DNA from: Escherichia coli
GTDB taxonomy: Bacteria > Pseudomonadota > Gammaproteobacteria > Enterobacterales > Enterobacteriaceae
Assembly (NCBI GenBank): GCA_025544715.1
Contig: GCA_025544715.1_4109.4
DNA: 34,224 nucleotides
Direction: 5' to 3' (one strand)
In this document: one piece after another, positions 24,896 to 33,435 of the stretch
Layout of the letters: each line of letters begins with the position of its first letter
How positions within the stretch are numbered: position 1 is the stretch's first letter
Position numbers and translations under genes: made by a program
The notes under the pieces: model-generated
What the model was told of the DNA's origin: nothing
The model's database searches: none
Seen by the model: the letters and a program-made list of their open reading frames with translations, nothing else

Positions 24896-25237
24896 TCAAC
24901 GCTCCGGTAGATTATCACGTAATGTTTTAATTCGATTATACATTTTCATACCAATATTACCAAAGATACCATATCCAAGTACTAAAATGTATGCAATAAG
25001 CATAGTAATAATTACTATAGTACCAAAACTATAATGTACACTACTGATACCCATTGTAGTTTCAACGATTATTTGAGAAACTGAAAGAATCAAAAGTACA
25101 ACTACAATTGGATGATTTGGGTACATTCGGTTGAACAACGTTTTGTACTTAAAGAAGCACAGTACTCCACCGAATAAGAAGTAAACAATGTAAATGCAAG
25201 CAACAGCATAGGCAAACATGTTAGTGTAATAAATCAT
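24896..25237 (-). CDS. paralogous small membrane protein (second array), about 113 aa (start moved to internal ATG)
   Basis: Track start TTG; ATG two codons in with SD AAGGA; C-term TLRDNLPER. Confidence 0.6.
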   Translation of the reverse strand: MIYYTNMFAYAVACIYIVYFLFGGVLCFFKYKTLFNRMYPNHPIVVVLLILSVSQIIVETTMGISSVHYSFGTIVIITMLIAYILVLGYGIFGNIGMKMYNRIKTLRDNLPER

Positions 25238-25246
25238 TACCAATCC

Positions 25247-25585
25247 TTACTTTTCAGGGATATTAGAACGCCATATATCAATGCGATGAACTAGTCCAAA
25301 GAACAACCATACTGGAACGGCAGCTATCATAACAACAAATGAAAACCCAGTCAAGACCGATACCAGATTTAATTCATCAGTACTATACCCACATATCAGT
25401 ACTTCTAATATTCCCCACGTACATGCACAAAACATCAAGAATGAAATGGGGGCATCATAGTAGATACGTTCATATAAAGTAGTGTATCGGAAGAATGCAA
25501 TAATGTAGCAAAACATATAATACACCCAAACCAAAGATACTACATAAAATGATACTTTGTTTATTAATTCAAAATATTGTTCCAT
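25247..25585 (-). CDS. paralogous small membrane protein (second array), 112 aa
   Basis: ATG; C-term IWRSNIPEK. Confidence 0.65.
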   Translation of the reverse strand: MEQYFELINKVSFYVVSLVWVYYMFCYIIAFFRYTTLYERIYYDAPISFLMFCACTWGILEVLICGYSTDELNLVSVLTGFSFVVMIAAVPVWLFFGLVHRIDIWRSNIPEK

Positions 25586-25587
25586 TG

Positions 25588-25869
25588 TTACCCCAATATA
25601 TATTCAGAGAGTAATGTATTAGCTTCATCTTTGTTCTTAAGGTAATACATGTAATATAGATTCGGTTCACCATCTTTAGCACTCAAATCGAAGTACTTTA
25701 AACTATGTACTTTCATAGTAAAAACAAATAATGACTTAAAACCAATCTCACCGTACTTAACAAACAGTTCATCCAAATGAATGTAACTTTTTGATTTGAA
25801 TAATTCTTTAACGTCTGCATCAATTTCAGATAAAAGATGCTTACCTATTAAGTTTTCAAATGAACGCAT
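25588..25869 (-). CDS. hypothetical protein, 93 aa
   Basis: ATG with SD AAGGAT. Confidence 0.6.
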   Translation of the reverse strand: MRSFENLIGKHLLSEIDADVKELFKSKSYIHLDELFVKYGEIGFKSLFVFTMKVHSLKYFDLSAKDGEPNLYYMYYLKNKDEANTLLSEYILG

Positions 25870-25873
25870 GATT

Positions 25874-26287
25874 TTATCCTTTTACACAATTTGACATAAT
25901 GTAAACACGTTTAATAAAAGAACTTTCATACACGTACTTCAACTTGCCATTCTCACGTAAGCGGTGGAAAACATCACCTTTGTTGGTACTCCACGTGGAA
26001 CCAGTACTGACATCTACATTAGCCATTGACCCACTGGTTACATTAATACCATACTTAAAACTAAAAGTTTCTCCGTCTTCAACTAATGTCACAGGCGTGC
26101 TACGTTCATATTCAAATACAAGTTTAGAACCAATCATCTCATATGATTTCAATTTACACTTCATTACACCCATTTCATCTTGAGTGGGTAGATTTCTTTC
26201 AAATATATCAGAAACTTCGTTTGCAGAAGCAAATGAACTCATGGTCATTAATACAATACCAGTTACAATTAAAATAATATTTTTCAT
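25874..26287 (-). CDS. secreted protein (signal peptide), 137 aa; paralog of 27056..27475
   Basis: N-term MKNIILIVTGIVLMTMSSFASA; shared motifs FSFKYG, LKYVYES, C-terminal NC(V)K. Confidence 0.65.
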   Translation of the reverse strand: MKNIILIVTGIVLMTMSSFASANEVSDIFERNLPTQDEMGVMKCKLKSYEMIGSKLVFEYERSTPVTLVEDGETFSFKYGINVTSGSMANVDVSTGSTWSTNKGDVFHRLRENGKLKYVYESSFIKRVYIMSNCVKG

Positions 26288-26344
26288 GATAGGTTTATCT
26301 CTTTGTTTACGGTTTATTAAGAATACATCAGAACATCAGTTCTG

Positions 26345-26986
26345 TCAATAAAAAACTGGATCTTCTTCAGTAATTGGTATTTCTCTACGCACATCACACG
26401 AAAGAGGATCAGTAATGAATACATTCCCATCTTTATCCATCATTACATTACTTGAATGAATGTCTGGTACAAATCGCCCGTGAAACTCTTTCATGATGTT
26501 AGCTGCGACCGTTGCAATTGCAATCTCTTCAGAATTTCCACGCATATCATTCACTGAAGTTGCGTACTGACCAGCATGTGCATACGAATACAAATCACCA
26601 ATTTTAGTACTAACAAAGTCATCATAATTATTTTTTTGTTTAATTATAGGATAGTACTTGTCCATCTCATACCATCCAAAGTTTCCTTGTTCGTTGGCAC
26701 TGTAGATCACTGGAAGAAACTTGGTTCCTGCGTTTTCAATGCAGTACTTTGCATAAGCACGAAAACCATCCCAGCGGGAAGTGGTTACTTTAAATGCACG
26801 TCCAGGATAGTTTTTATGTTCAACTACTACAGAGTACATCCCCATTCCAAGCAAAGTAAGTCCAGCAGCTTTAACTTGTGGAAAGATTACGCGTTCAGCA
26901 TAAGGAATATCAAACTCCATCGCACAACGAGTTTTTGATGGACGCAAAATGTCAATTAAAGTTTTGAATATTTCTTGCTTAGTCAT
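26345..26986 (-). CDS. protein-kinase-like protein, about 213 aa (start moved to internal ATG)
   Basis: Track start ATGATG lies inside the promoter -10; ATG 26984-26986 has SD AGAGGAT; motifs LLGMGMYSVV, AFKV, PDIHSSNVMMDKDGNVFITDP. Confidence 0.55.
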   Translation of the reverse strand: MTKQEIFKTLIDILRPSKTRCAMEFDIPYAERVIFPQVKAAGLTLLGMGMYSVVVEHKNYPGRAFKVTTSRWDGFRAYAKYCIENAGTKFLPVIYSANEQGNFGWYEMDKYYPIIKQKNNYDDFVSTKIGDLYSYAHAGQYATSVNDMRGNSEEIAIATVAANIMKEFHGRFVPDIHSSNVMMDKDGNVFITDPLSCDVRREIPITEEDPVFY

Positions 26987-27014
26987 TACTTTATCCTCTG
27001 TAGTTAATATCAAC

Positions 27015-27047
27015 ATCATAACAAAAAAGGCTGACCGAAGTCAACCC
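27015..27047 (-). terminator. bifunctional terminator/promoter cassette (copy 4; -10 TATGAT)
   Basis: AAAAAAGGCTGACCGAAGTCAACCCTTTT; TTGACT in hairpin, TATGAT about 18 nt downstream. Confidence 0.65.
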
Positions 27048-27055
27048 TTTTATTA

Positions 27056-27475
27056 TCATTTACAGTTTTCTATAACTATTGCACGTTTTAGTATTTTACT
27101 TTCATAAACATACTTAAGATGACCTTCTTCACGAATACGATTGAACACATATCCTAGTTTATCTTTTAGTACTGAAGCCGTATCAATGTCAAGATTAACT
27201 TCAACCCCTCCTGTTAATTTAACTTTATATGTAAAGCTAAAAGCATCCCCAGATTCAACCAATGGGACTACTTGTTCATACGTATTCAACATAACTCGTT
27301 CATCATTAACTAAATTATATATTACAATATCACAAGTTTTTACCCCAATTTCCTCTAAGGTAGGAGCATTGTCTACTATAACATCTTTTACTGTATTAGC
27401 AACCTGTTTAGCATCTGCTGCATATACATTAAAACTAAAAAGTACTAAAATAATACTTAAAAAAATCTTTTTCAT
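27056..27475 (-). CDS. secreted protein (signal peptide), 139 aa; paralog of 25874..26287
   Basis: N-term MKKIFLSIILVLFSFNVYA; SD AAGGAT. Confidence 0.65.
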   Translation of the reverse strand: MKKIFLSIILVLFSFNVYAADAKQVANTVKDVIVDNAPTLEEIGVKTCDIVIYNLVNDERVMLNTYEQVVPLVESGDAFSFTYKVKLTGGVEVNLDIDTASVLKDKLGYVFNRIREEGHLKYVYESKILKRAIVIENCK

Positions 27476-27484
27476 TTTATATCC

Positions 27485-27802
27485 TTATTTTATTTTACAC
27501 GTCATATCCGGTTGTGCTGGTTTATTATTTTTAAAAGGATTAGGTTTTTTATCTTTCCTTTTATCTTTTAATGGTTTTTTGTCTTCTTTTTTATCTTTGT
27601 CTTTTTTATTGGTATCAGGTTCAGTTGGAGTATTACATTGTGCTGGTGATGGGTTTGTTGGGTTACAGCTATTGTCTGGTGGGAGTTTTACTTCTTTACA
27701 ATTGTAAAATAGTAAACTTTTATTTGTGGTTAAATTATGAAAACGATAATTTATTTCATTATTATAATAAATTGTTTTAGTACTTTCAATGTCATTACAC
27801 AT
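27485..27802 (-). CDS. hypothetical Cys-containing protein with Lys/Asp-rich C-terminal tail, about 105 aa
   Basis: Track start GTG; first ATG two codons in; no clear SD (possible translational coupling). Confidence 0.4.
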   Translation of the reverse strand: MCNDIESTKTIYYNNEINYRFHNLTTNKSLLFYNCKEVKLPPDNSCNPTNPSPAQCNTPTEPDTNKKDKDKKEDKKPLKDKRKDKKPNPFKNNKPAQPDMTCKIK

Positions 27803-27812
27803 TGCCACGGAA

Positions 27813-28064
27813 TCACCGAAACTCTTTTTCTATTCCGAGTACATCTGTCTTACGCTCAGATAGTATACCTGAAGTATATGAATCTTTGTTGTCAAACGCA
27901 TTAAATCCAATAGATCTGTCGGTGTCGTGTATTATTCCTTTTGTGTATGAGGTAGTATAGAACTCCCCATTTCTGAAATCCTGCCTTGCTACGGAGCAAT
28001 GATAATCTGCACCATAAGCAGTACTGGAAAATAATACAATTCCAAATATAATATATTTTTTCAT
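27813..28064 (-). CDS. small secreted protein (signal peptide), 83 aa
   Basis: N-term MKKYIIFGIVLFSSTAYGA; downstream of cassette copy 5. Confidence 0.6.
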   Translation of the reverse strand: MKKYIIFGIVLFSSTAYGADYHCSVARQDFRNGEFYTTSYTKGIIHDTDRSIGFNAFDNKDSYTSGILSERKTDVLGIEKEFR

Positions 28065-28105
28065 TGTAATCCTCTTCTTAATTCCTCTTTTGTATTTACA
28101 AAAAA

Positions 28106-28125
28106 AGGCTGACCGAAGTCAACCT
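28106..28125 (-). terminator. terminator/promoter cassette (copy 5), hairpin core
   Basis: AGGCTGACCGAAGTCAACCTT; the downstream -10 is less clear (TAAATA-like). Confidence 0.55.
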
Positions 28126-28134
28126 TTAGTTTTA

Positions 28135-29412
28135 TCATTTACCGTATTTGCTCATGATGTCTTTTTCCCAGGTAGTTACATTTCCATTTTCGTAATCACG
28201 GAAAGAGTCATCAAGTGTAGTCAATGCATAATCATATGCCTCACCGGATTCAACATCAATATCAACAGCACCATTCACTACATCAGTCCACGCTTTTTGT
28301 AGTTTACGAGCGTTGTTACCAACTTTATCTTTAATCCAACTAAGATTTCGGTTTATACTCTTCTTATCAGCACCAGCTTTTTCACCAACATCTGCAACCC
28401 ACTGCATTAATTTCTGTAGTTCGTTATGGGATTTTTCAGTCATTTGGCGGTCTTGTGACAGTTCAGCTTCCATGTCATCAATTTCTTCGTCTGAATGAAC
28501 ATCGTTCTGTTCTACTGCACCTTCTTCATCATCACGCATCAGATAACCATCTCGTGTAACCTTCTCACCGTGATCAGCTTCATACTTTTTCATAGTATTG
28601 AATGCAGCATCCATTGCAGTTACAAAACGACTCTTTTCACCTTGTACATAAGATTTAAGTGCATCGTTAACTGCATCAGATACTAATTTAATCTTATCGT
28701 CTTTACCTTCCAGACGGTTTTCTAACTTAGCTAGTACATTCTTAACTTGTTGAGCATTAGCACGGTCTTCTTTACCAATACTATCAAATGTTTTAAGTAC
28801 TCTTTCAAGACTTACTTCCTCTTGTGCAGGCACATCACCTGGTGGCGTACCTTCAAGTGCACGCATTATAGTACTGAATACTTCAGTTGGTTCAGTACTG
28901 GTATTTCCACTCATTGCATCAAGTACAGCTTGTGCTTTGACTTTTAATTCTTCTTTAGGTACAGATTGTAATTCTTTCACAATACCTTGGATAAGTTGTG
29001 GTTTATTAGCAAAAATCTTACCTAACTTATCAGACAATTCTTTGACAGGGTTAACCGCCTTTGGTGCTTCTTGTTTTGGTTCTTCTTTCGCAGGAGAAGA
29101 CTTTTCTTTTTCTTCACGTTCCATATCAGCTAGACGTTGTTTTTGTGTAGCATTAAGAAGTCCCAATGAATTAACGTAACGTAGTTTTTCTAGCTCAGTC
29201 ATGTTCTCAGTACTCTTAACTTCACCTGCTTCTGCGTTTGCTTTACCAGCTAGACCAGTTCCTTGGTTACGTGATCCACGTGAACCTTGACCTGCTTGAT
29301 AACTATTTGGTCGGCGGTTGCGTTCACTCCATTTATCCGAGTGACCAGCCATGTTACCACCATTTTTATCAGTAAAATTACTTGGCATTTGATTTCTCTC
29401 CATAGATTTCAT
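28135..29412 (-). CDS. hypothetical charged protein, 425 aa; shares N-terminal domain with 29658..30041
   Basis: ATG verified; shared motifs YVNSLGLL and KELQSVPKEELKVKA. Confidence 0.7.
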   Translation of the reverse strand: MKSMERNQMPSNFTDKNGGNMAGHSDKWSERNRRPNSYQAGQGSRGSRNQGTGLAGKANAEAGEVKSTENMTELEKLRYVNSLGLLNATQKQRLADMEREEKEKSSPAKEEPKQEAPKAVNPVKELSDKLGKIFANKPQLIQGIVKELQSVPKEELKVKAQAVLDAMSGNTSTEPTEVFSTIMRALEGTPPGDVPAQEEVSLERVLKTFDSIGKEDRANAQQVKNVLAKLENRLEGKDDKIKLVSDAVNDALKSYVQGEKSRFVTAMDAAFNTMKKYEADHGEKVTRDGYLMRDDEEGAVEQNDVHSDEEIDDMEAELSQDRQMTEKSHNELQKLMQWVADVGEKAGADKKSINRNLSWIKDKVGNNARKLQKAWTDVVNGAVDIDVESGEAYDYALTTLDDSFRDYENGNVTTWEKDIMSKYGK

Positions 29413-29435
29413 TTTTTCTCTATGTCTATATTTAT

Positions 29436-29469
29436 AGTATAAAGAAAAGGCTGACCGAAGTCAACCTTA
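29436..29469 (-). terminator. bifunctional terminator/promoter cassette (copy 6; -10 TATACT)
   Basis: AAGGCTGACCGAAGTCAACCTT; TTGACT-17-TATACT. Confidence 0.6.
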
Positions 29470-29474
29470 TTTTG

Positions 29475-29588
29475 TTACTTAGATTGTTCTAGTGCAGGTG
29501 GATTTACTTTTTGATCCACTACATAGAATACACCACCAACCAGTACTGCGGCGATGAGTGCAGCAACTACAAATTTCAAACCTTGCAT
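29475..29588 (-). CDS. 37-aa single-helix membrane micro-protein, own transcription unit
   Basis: Hand-translated MQGLKFVVAALIAAVLVGGVFYVVDQKVNPPALEQSK; bracketed by cassette copies 6 and 7. Confidence 0.4.
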   Translation of the reverse strand: MQGLKFVVAALIAAVLVGGVFYVVDQKVNPPALEQSK

Positions 29589-29617
29589 ATATGATACCTC
29601 AGATATATTGAGAAGTT

Positions 29618-29650
29618 ATGATACAACAAAGGGCTGACCTTAGTCAACCC
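29618..29650 (-). terminator. bifunctional terminator/promoter cassette (copy 7, loop UAAG; -10 TATCAT)
   Basis: GGGCTGACCTTAGTCAACCC immediately after the stop of 29658..30041; TTGACT-18-TATCAT. Confidence 0.6.
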
Positions 29651-29657
29651 CTTTTTA

Positions 29658-30041
29658 TTACTTCTTGAACTTATGTTTTTCACTTTCGATTGCATTCACG
29701 ATTTCATCATGAATTTTACGAAGATTGTGAGTTTTCTTGAGAGAATCATGCAATGCACGGAATGCAGAGTGTACTGTTGCTTTAAAGTGCTCTTTAGGAG
29801 TTACTTTAAGTTTCTCGATAATATCACGTACATAGATTGGGTGATCCTCAAACACACGATTAAGCTCATGACCTAGTGATTCTAGGCTAAATGCTTTTTC
29901 ACGGGATGGACGATCATGTGCAAGACTTTGGTCTGGTTTTAGAAGACCTAGTGAATCTAGATACTTGTGCTTATGTGCATTGTCTAGACCAGAAATATCA
30001 ACATCATGGGATGGATCTTTCTTATTCCATTTATCAACCAT
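29658..30041 (-). CDS. hypothetical protein, 127 aa; shares domain with 28135..29412
   Basis: ATG with SD GGAG; motifs YLDSLGLL and EKLKVTPKEHFKA; TATAAATA-like sequence about 35 nt upstream. Confidence 0.65.
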   Translation of the reverse strand: MVDKWNKKDPSHDVDISGLDNAHKHKYLDSLGLLKPDQSLAHDRPSREKAFSLESLGHELNRVFEDHPIYVRDIIEKLKVTPKEHFKATVHSAFRALHDSLKKTHNLRKIHDEIVNAIESEKHKFKK

Positions 30042-30157
30042 TTTTATAACTCCTATAAGAGATAAATTTTTACTATAATATTTATAGTTCCTTTGTCATT
30101 TATATCGAATGACATAAAACATTATATCATAATAAGAATGGTTGTCCCAAAGTTAAA

Positions 30158-30601
30158 TTAGTACTGGTCAAGCTCAGATGTAAAAATGAATGCATCCATG
30201 TCTTCCAACGTGAGTTTTAAGTCTGGTACGTACTTAAGAATAACACACTCTGGCTTCTTAATAGCAGCTTGATAAGCAGCAATGGCAAGGGATTCCAATT
30301 GCTGTGCTGTATAATTTTTACGTTCTGCATTAAAAACTTTGTTTTTGATATCACCACCTGGGAGTTTTTCAAACTCACGCATTACAGCAGCAAGAACATC
30401 GTCAGCAGTGTTACTATATACCCATTGGGGTAATTGCATTACATTATAAATCACACCACTATCATCCATCAAAGAGATCCATTTGTACCCATCACTAGCA
30501 CTGAACAAACGCCCTTTTAGTACTGTATTATTGGTTAAATTTACAAATGCAAAAATATCTTGTTCGTTAAGTTCAATACTATTAACATTTACCCAACTCA
30601 T
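30158..30601 (-). CDS. hypothetical protein, about 147 aa (start moved to internal ATG)
   Basis: Track start TTG; ATG giving MSWVNVNSIEL lies after upstream stop. Confidence 0.55.
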   Translation of the reverse strand: MSWVNVNSIELNEQDIFAFVNLTNNTVLKGRLFSASDGYKWISLMDDSGVIYNVMQLPQWVYSNTADDVLAAVMREFEKLPGGDIKNKVFNAERKNYTAQQLESLAIAAYQAAIKKPECVILKYVPDLKLTLEDMDAFIFTSELDQY

Positions 30602-30614
30602 TACGATTCCCCAT

Positions 30615-31187
30615 TCATAAATCACGAACAATATTCATTAAACACAATTTAGGCTTTATAGCATTCAAAACCCATATGCACTCTTTGTAAGTAGCTATTA
30701 TATCATCTAAATGCTCAGTCACAATACTTTCTTGGAAATATTCTTCATCATTGAGCTTTGCTAATTTAGTAACATCACATGTAGGTACTATAGGTCTGGA
30801 TTGTACACCCATGCCATTATTAATATTAGTAAAATGTACAAAATTGTATTTCACTACACCTTTATCTAGATTCACTATACATGACAAGTTTTCCAACTCA
30901 GTTAGTTCTTTACTACAAGTAACATTAATGAAACCAGCATTATAGGCTCTATAATCATCTACTGATATCTCAAAATCATTACGCTGAAATATAAGTGAAA
31001 TGAGTTGGTCCAGTGGTTTGACATTCATATATTTTAATGAATTTACGTATGATACTTCAATCTTAGATGAAATTATCTTTTTACTAAGTGCAGTCAATTC
31101 TTTATTAGATTTAACTGTTAATACTATAGGTTTAAACCTAGAACTCTTATTTTTCTTTGATACTTTAAAACGACCTTTACGATTCAT
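30615..31187 (-). CDS. hypothetical protein, about 190 aa (start moved to internal ATG)
   Basis: Track start GTG; ATG giving MNRKGRFKVSKK has SD GAGGAA; basic N-terminus. Confidence 0.55.
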   Translation of the reverse strand: MNRKGRFKVSKKNKSSRFKPIVLTVKSNKELTALSKKIISSKIEVSYVNSLKYMNVKPLDQLISLIFQRNDFEISVDDYRAYNAGFINVTCSKELTELENLSCIVNLDKGVVKYNFVHFTNINNGMGVQSRPIVPTCDVTKLAKLNDEEYFQESIVTEHLDDIIATYKECIWVLNAIKPKLCLMNIVRDL

Positions 31188-31194
31188 ATTTTCC

Positions 31195-31416
31195 TCAATT
31201 AATAATTTCACATTTGATGCGTGGCTTATATAACATAATTAACCCATTTTTAAGTACAATGATTGTTCCTCTGTCAGTAATAGAAACGTTTTTAATTATA
31301 CTTTTTTTATATGTTTCAACATATTTCTCTTCGTAATTTATACATTTAACATATTCTTTTTGTTTAGCACTTACAACAGTACTGAATAATATCAGTACAA
31401 GTACTATATATTTCAT
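31195..31416 (-). CDS. small secreted protein (signal peptide), 73 aa
   Basis: N-term MKYIVLVLILFSTVVSA; SD AAGGTA. Confidence 0.6.
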   Translation of the reverse strand: MKYIVLVLILFSTVVSAKQKEYVKCINYEEKYVETYKKSIIKNVSITDRGTIIVLKNGLIMLYKPRIKCEIIN

Positions 31417-31468
31417 TACAATACCTTATAAACAAAAAGGAATTCATTTAAGAATTCCTATTTTACAA

Positions 31469-31762
31469 TCATTTATCTAACATACCATTGTGTAAACGTT
31501 CATATACTTCAGTTCGACGTAAATTAACAATATCTTCTGCGTATTTTAATGTAAATGCCCATGCTTTTGGATGTACGTTAAGCTTCATACGAATTCGATT
31601 TTTCATCAACTCTCCACTTAAACGAATAAATTCGTGTACACCACGACTACCGTATTCAGTAATTAAATCATTAATGTACATATTACGAAGAGTTTCATCT
31701 GCACATTCTTTAACCATTTCTACGTCAGCGACGATGCTTTCATTAACTGAAGTACTGATCAT
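31469..31762 (-). CDS. hypothetical protein, 97 aa
   Basis: ATG with SD AAGGTA. Confidence 0.6.
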   Translation of the reverse strand: MISTSVNESIVADVEMVKECADETLRNMYINDLITEYGSRGVHEFIRLSGELMKNRIRMKLNVHPKAWAFTLKYAEDIVNLRRTEVYERLHNGMLDK

Positions 31763-31773
31763 TTTAATTTACC

Positions 31774-32040
31774 TTATTTAAATTCGACTGTAATTTTATC
31801 ACCTTCAACTACGAACTTACAGTTGTAGCGACGTGCCATATCCATATACATATGCTCAGAGTACCAGGGAACATCAATAATCGGATGCTCTGCGTATTGT
31901 AGAACTTCACGGTCGCCAACTGTAGTGATGACGAAAGGAATGTTCATCTCTCGTAAAAACAATTCAGCACCAGGAGAACGATTAATAAATTCAGTATCAT
32001 TACGTAAAGTAAATCCATTATATTGTAATTTAAGCTTCAT
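31774..32040 (-). CDS. hypothetical protein, 88 aa
   Basis: ATG verified. Confidence 0.6.
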   Translation of the reverse strand: MKLKLQYNGFTLRNDTEFINRSPGAELFLREMNIPFVITTVGDREVLQYAEHPIIDVPWYSEHMYMDMARRYNCKFVVEGDKITVEFK

Positions 32041-32054
32041 ATGTTATCCTCTAT

Positions 32055-32399
32055 TCAATACCATTCTTTAAAACCATTAAGTTCGGCTATGTGAGTAATT
32101 ATAACACATATAACATTCAGGTCAAGTATAATTTGATCATAATTTAATTTTATACGATCATCATTATATGCCCTAAAGACTACATCGTAATCAAAGAAAT
32201 TTGCGTTTTCATCATTCATTGAAACGATTCGGTATCTACGTCTTCCATCTGTATTGAATATTGTTAAACACTGTTGAAACTTTCTTATTAACTGTTTAGA
32301 TAGGATATTATAATATTCAATATCTTTTTGTGAATTACGTGGGTCATCAGGAAGATAGAATGAAACAAATTTCTTTAATTCTATTTGAGTTTTATCCAT
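32055..32399 (-). CDS. hypothetical protein, 114 aa
   Basis: ATG verified; 8-nt overlap with upstream gene. Confidence 0.6.
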   Translation of the reverse strand: MDKTQIELKKFVSFYLPDDPRNSQKDIEYYNILSKQLIRKFQQCLTIFNTDGRRRYRIVSMNDENANFFDYDVVFRAYNDDRIKLNYDQIILDLNVICVIITHIAELNGFKEWY

Positions 32400-32832
32400 A
32401 TATTACCTCATGTGTTTGTCTTTTACTTTGTCGGAACTCATCCTTTGCTTCCTTAACTGACATGATACGAACTAATTTAGCACTACCGCAATAGTACTGA
32501 ACCTGATTACGACCAATGTCTACATGGTTGTCTGGAACTTCATATACAGATATAGCAAACCCAGCACGATGCAATTTACCCAAGTCCATAGTGAAGAATC
32601 TGAACAAATCTTTCAAACTTTGACAGCCAAATACCCATCCTCTTTTGATTGAATAGATCCCATCCTCAGTTGGTTCAGGTTGGAATTGAGAAGGTGTAGT
32701 CATGAGCAAACGGTCAAATCCATTTTTAGTACTGTATCTGGATGAATACCGTGCAAACGGGCCAACAGTTAGGGCTGGTTTTAAGTCAGGTTCGATATAA
32801 CTAAATTTAAGTTCAAAACGATATACAAACAT
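32392..32832 (-). CDS. hypothetical protein, 146 aa
   Basis: ATG with SD AGAGGA; first gene after cassette copy 8. Confidence 0.65.
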   Translation of the reverse strand: MFVYRFELKFSYIEPDLKPALTVGPFARYSSRYSTKNGFDRLLMTTPSQFQPEPTEDGIYSIKRGWVFGCQSLKDLFRFFTMDLGKLHRAGFAISVYEVPDNHVDIGRNQVQYYCGSAKLVRIMSVKEAKDEFRQSKRQTHEVIYG

Positions 32833-32860
32833 AATTAAAATCCTCTAATGTATTAATAGA

Positions 32861-32894
32861 ATTATAACAAAAAAGGCTGACCGAAGTCAACCTT
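32861..32894 (-). terminator. bifunctional terminator/promoter cassette (copy 8; -10 TATAAT)
   Basis: AAAAAAGGCTGACCGAAGTCAACCTTTG; stop codon of the upstream gene lies inside the 3' arm. Confidence 0.65.
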
Positions 32895-33078
32895 TGTTTT
32901 GAAGTTCTTGAACCAATTGTCGTACTTCGTTAATATTTTTACACTGCTTTACAGTGAAGTAATCATACTTACGACCATAGGTTCTTGGGTCATCACCTTC
33001 CATATACTGCTGCACATCAAAGATTTGTAAGTAGGGATGCTGCATAACACGAATATTATCACTTTGATAAATCAACAT
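32887..33078 (-). CDS. hypothetical small protein, about 63 aa (start moved to internal ATG)
   Basis: ATG giving MLIYQSDNIRV has SD AAGGAT after upstream stop 33083; track start would overlap by 50 nt. Confidence 0.5.
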   Translation of the reverse strand: MLIYQSDNIRVMQHPYLQIFDVQQYMEGDDPRTYGRKYDYFTVKQCKNINEVRQLVQELQNKG

Positions 33079-33082
33079 AATA

Positions 33083-33433
33083 TCAATCCTTATATTTACA
33101 CAAGCCACCAAAACTAGTTTCTTTAGCACCACGACGCATCATAACTAATTTAGCATATTGTGTGCCATTACTATCTTCATATACATCTACTTCAATAAAC
33201 GCTAAGAAGTTAGGGTCTGTATCGTTGGAAAACTCAGTGAAGCTAATGTCGCCTACAGTATGCTCTTTAACAAACGTATATGATTGCCCATCAATGTATA
33301 CAATATCTCTATCATCACTATCACCTTGATAGATATGTTTAATATTACCATCTGTACAAACTAAACCTTCTAATGGTTCAGCATATGACAACCCACACAT
33401 TAACATACATACAAAAAATAAAATAGTTTTCAT
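33083..33433 (-). CDS. secreted protein (signal peptide), 116 aa
   Basis: N-term MKTILFFVCMLMCGLSYA. Confidence 0.6.
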   Translation of the reverse strand: MKTILFFVCMLMCGLSYAEPLEGLVCTDGNIKHIYQGDSDDRDIVYIDGQSYTFVKEHTVGDISFTEFSNDTDPNFLAFIEVDVYEDSNGTQYAKLVMMRRGAKETSFGGLCKYKD

Positions 33434-33435
33434 GA

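Noticed and set aside
27141-27780. Plus-strand ORFs 27141..27707 and 27571..27780
   Set aside because: Antisense to secreted-protein gene 27056..27475 and its neighbour; no start context.
28313-29179. Four plus-strand ORFs antisense to the 425-aa gene
   Set aside because: All lie inside a well-supported minus-strand CDS with a verified ATG and cassette promoter.
19034-32894. The nine-fold repeated hairpin element as a CRISPR array
   Set aside because: Copies are 1-5 kb apart, flank genes, and have terminator/promoter architecture; no regular repeat-spacer periodicity and no cas genes.
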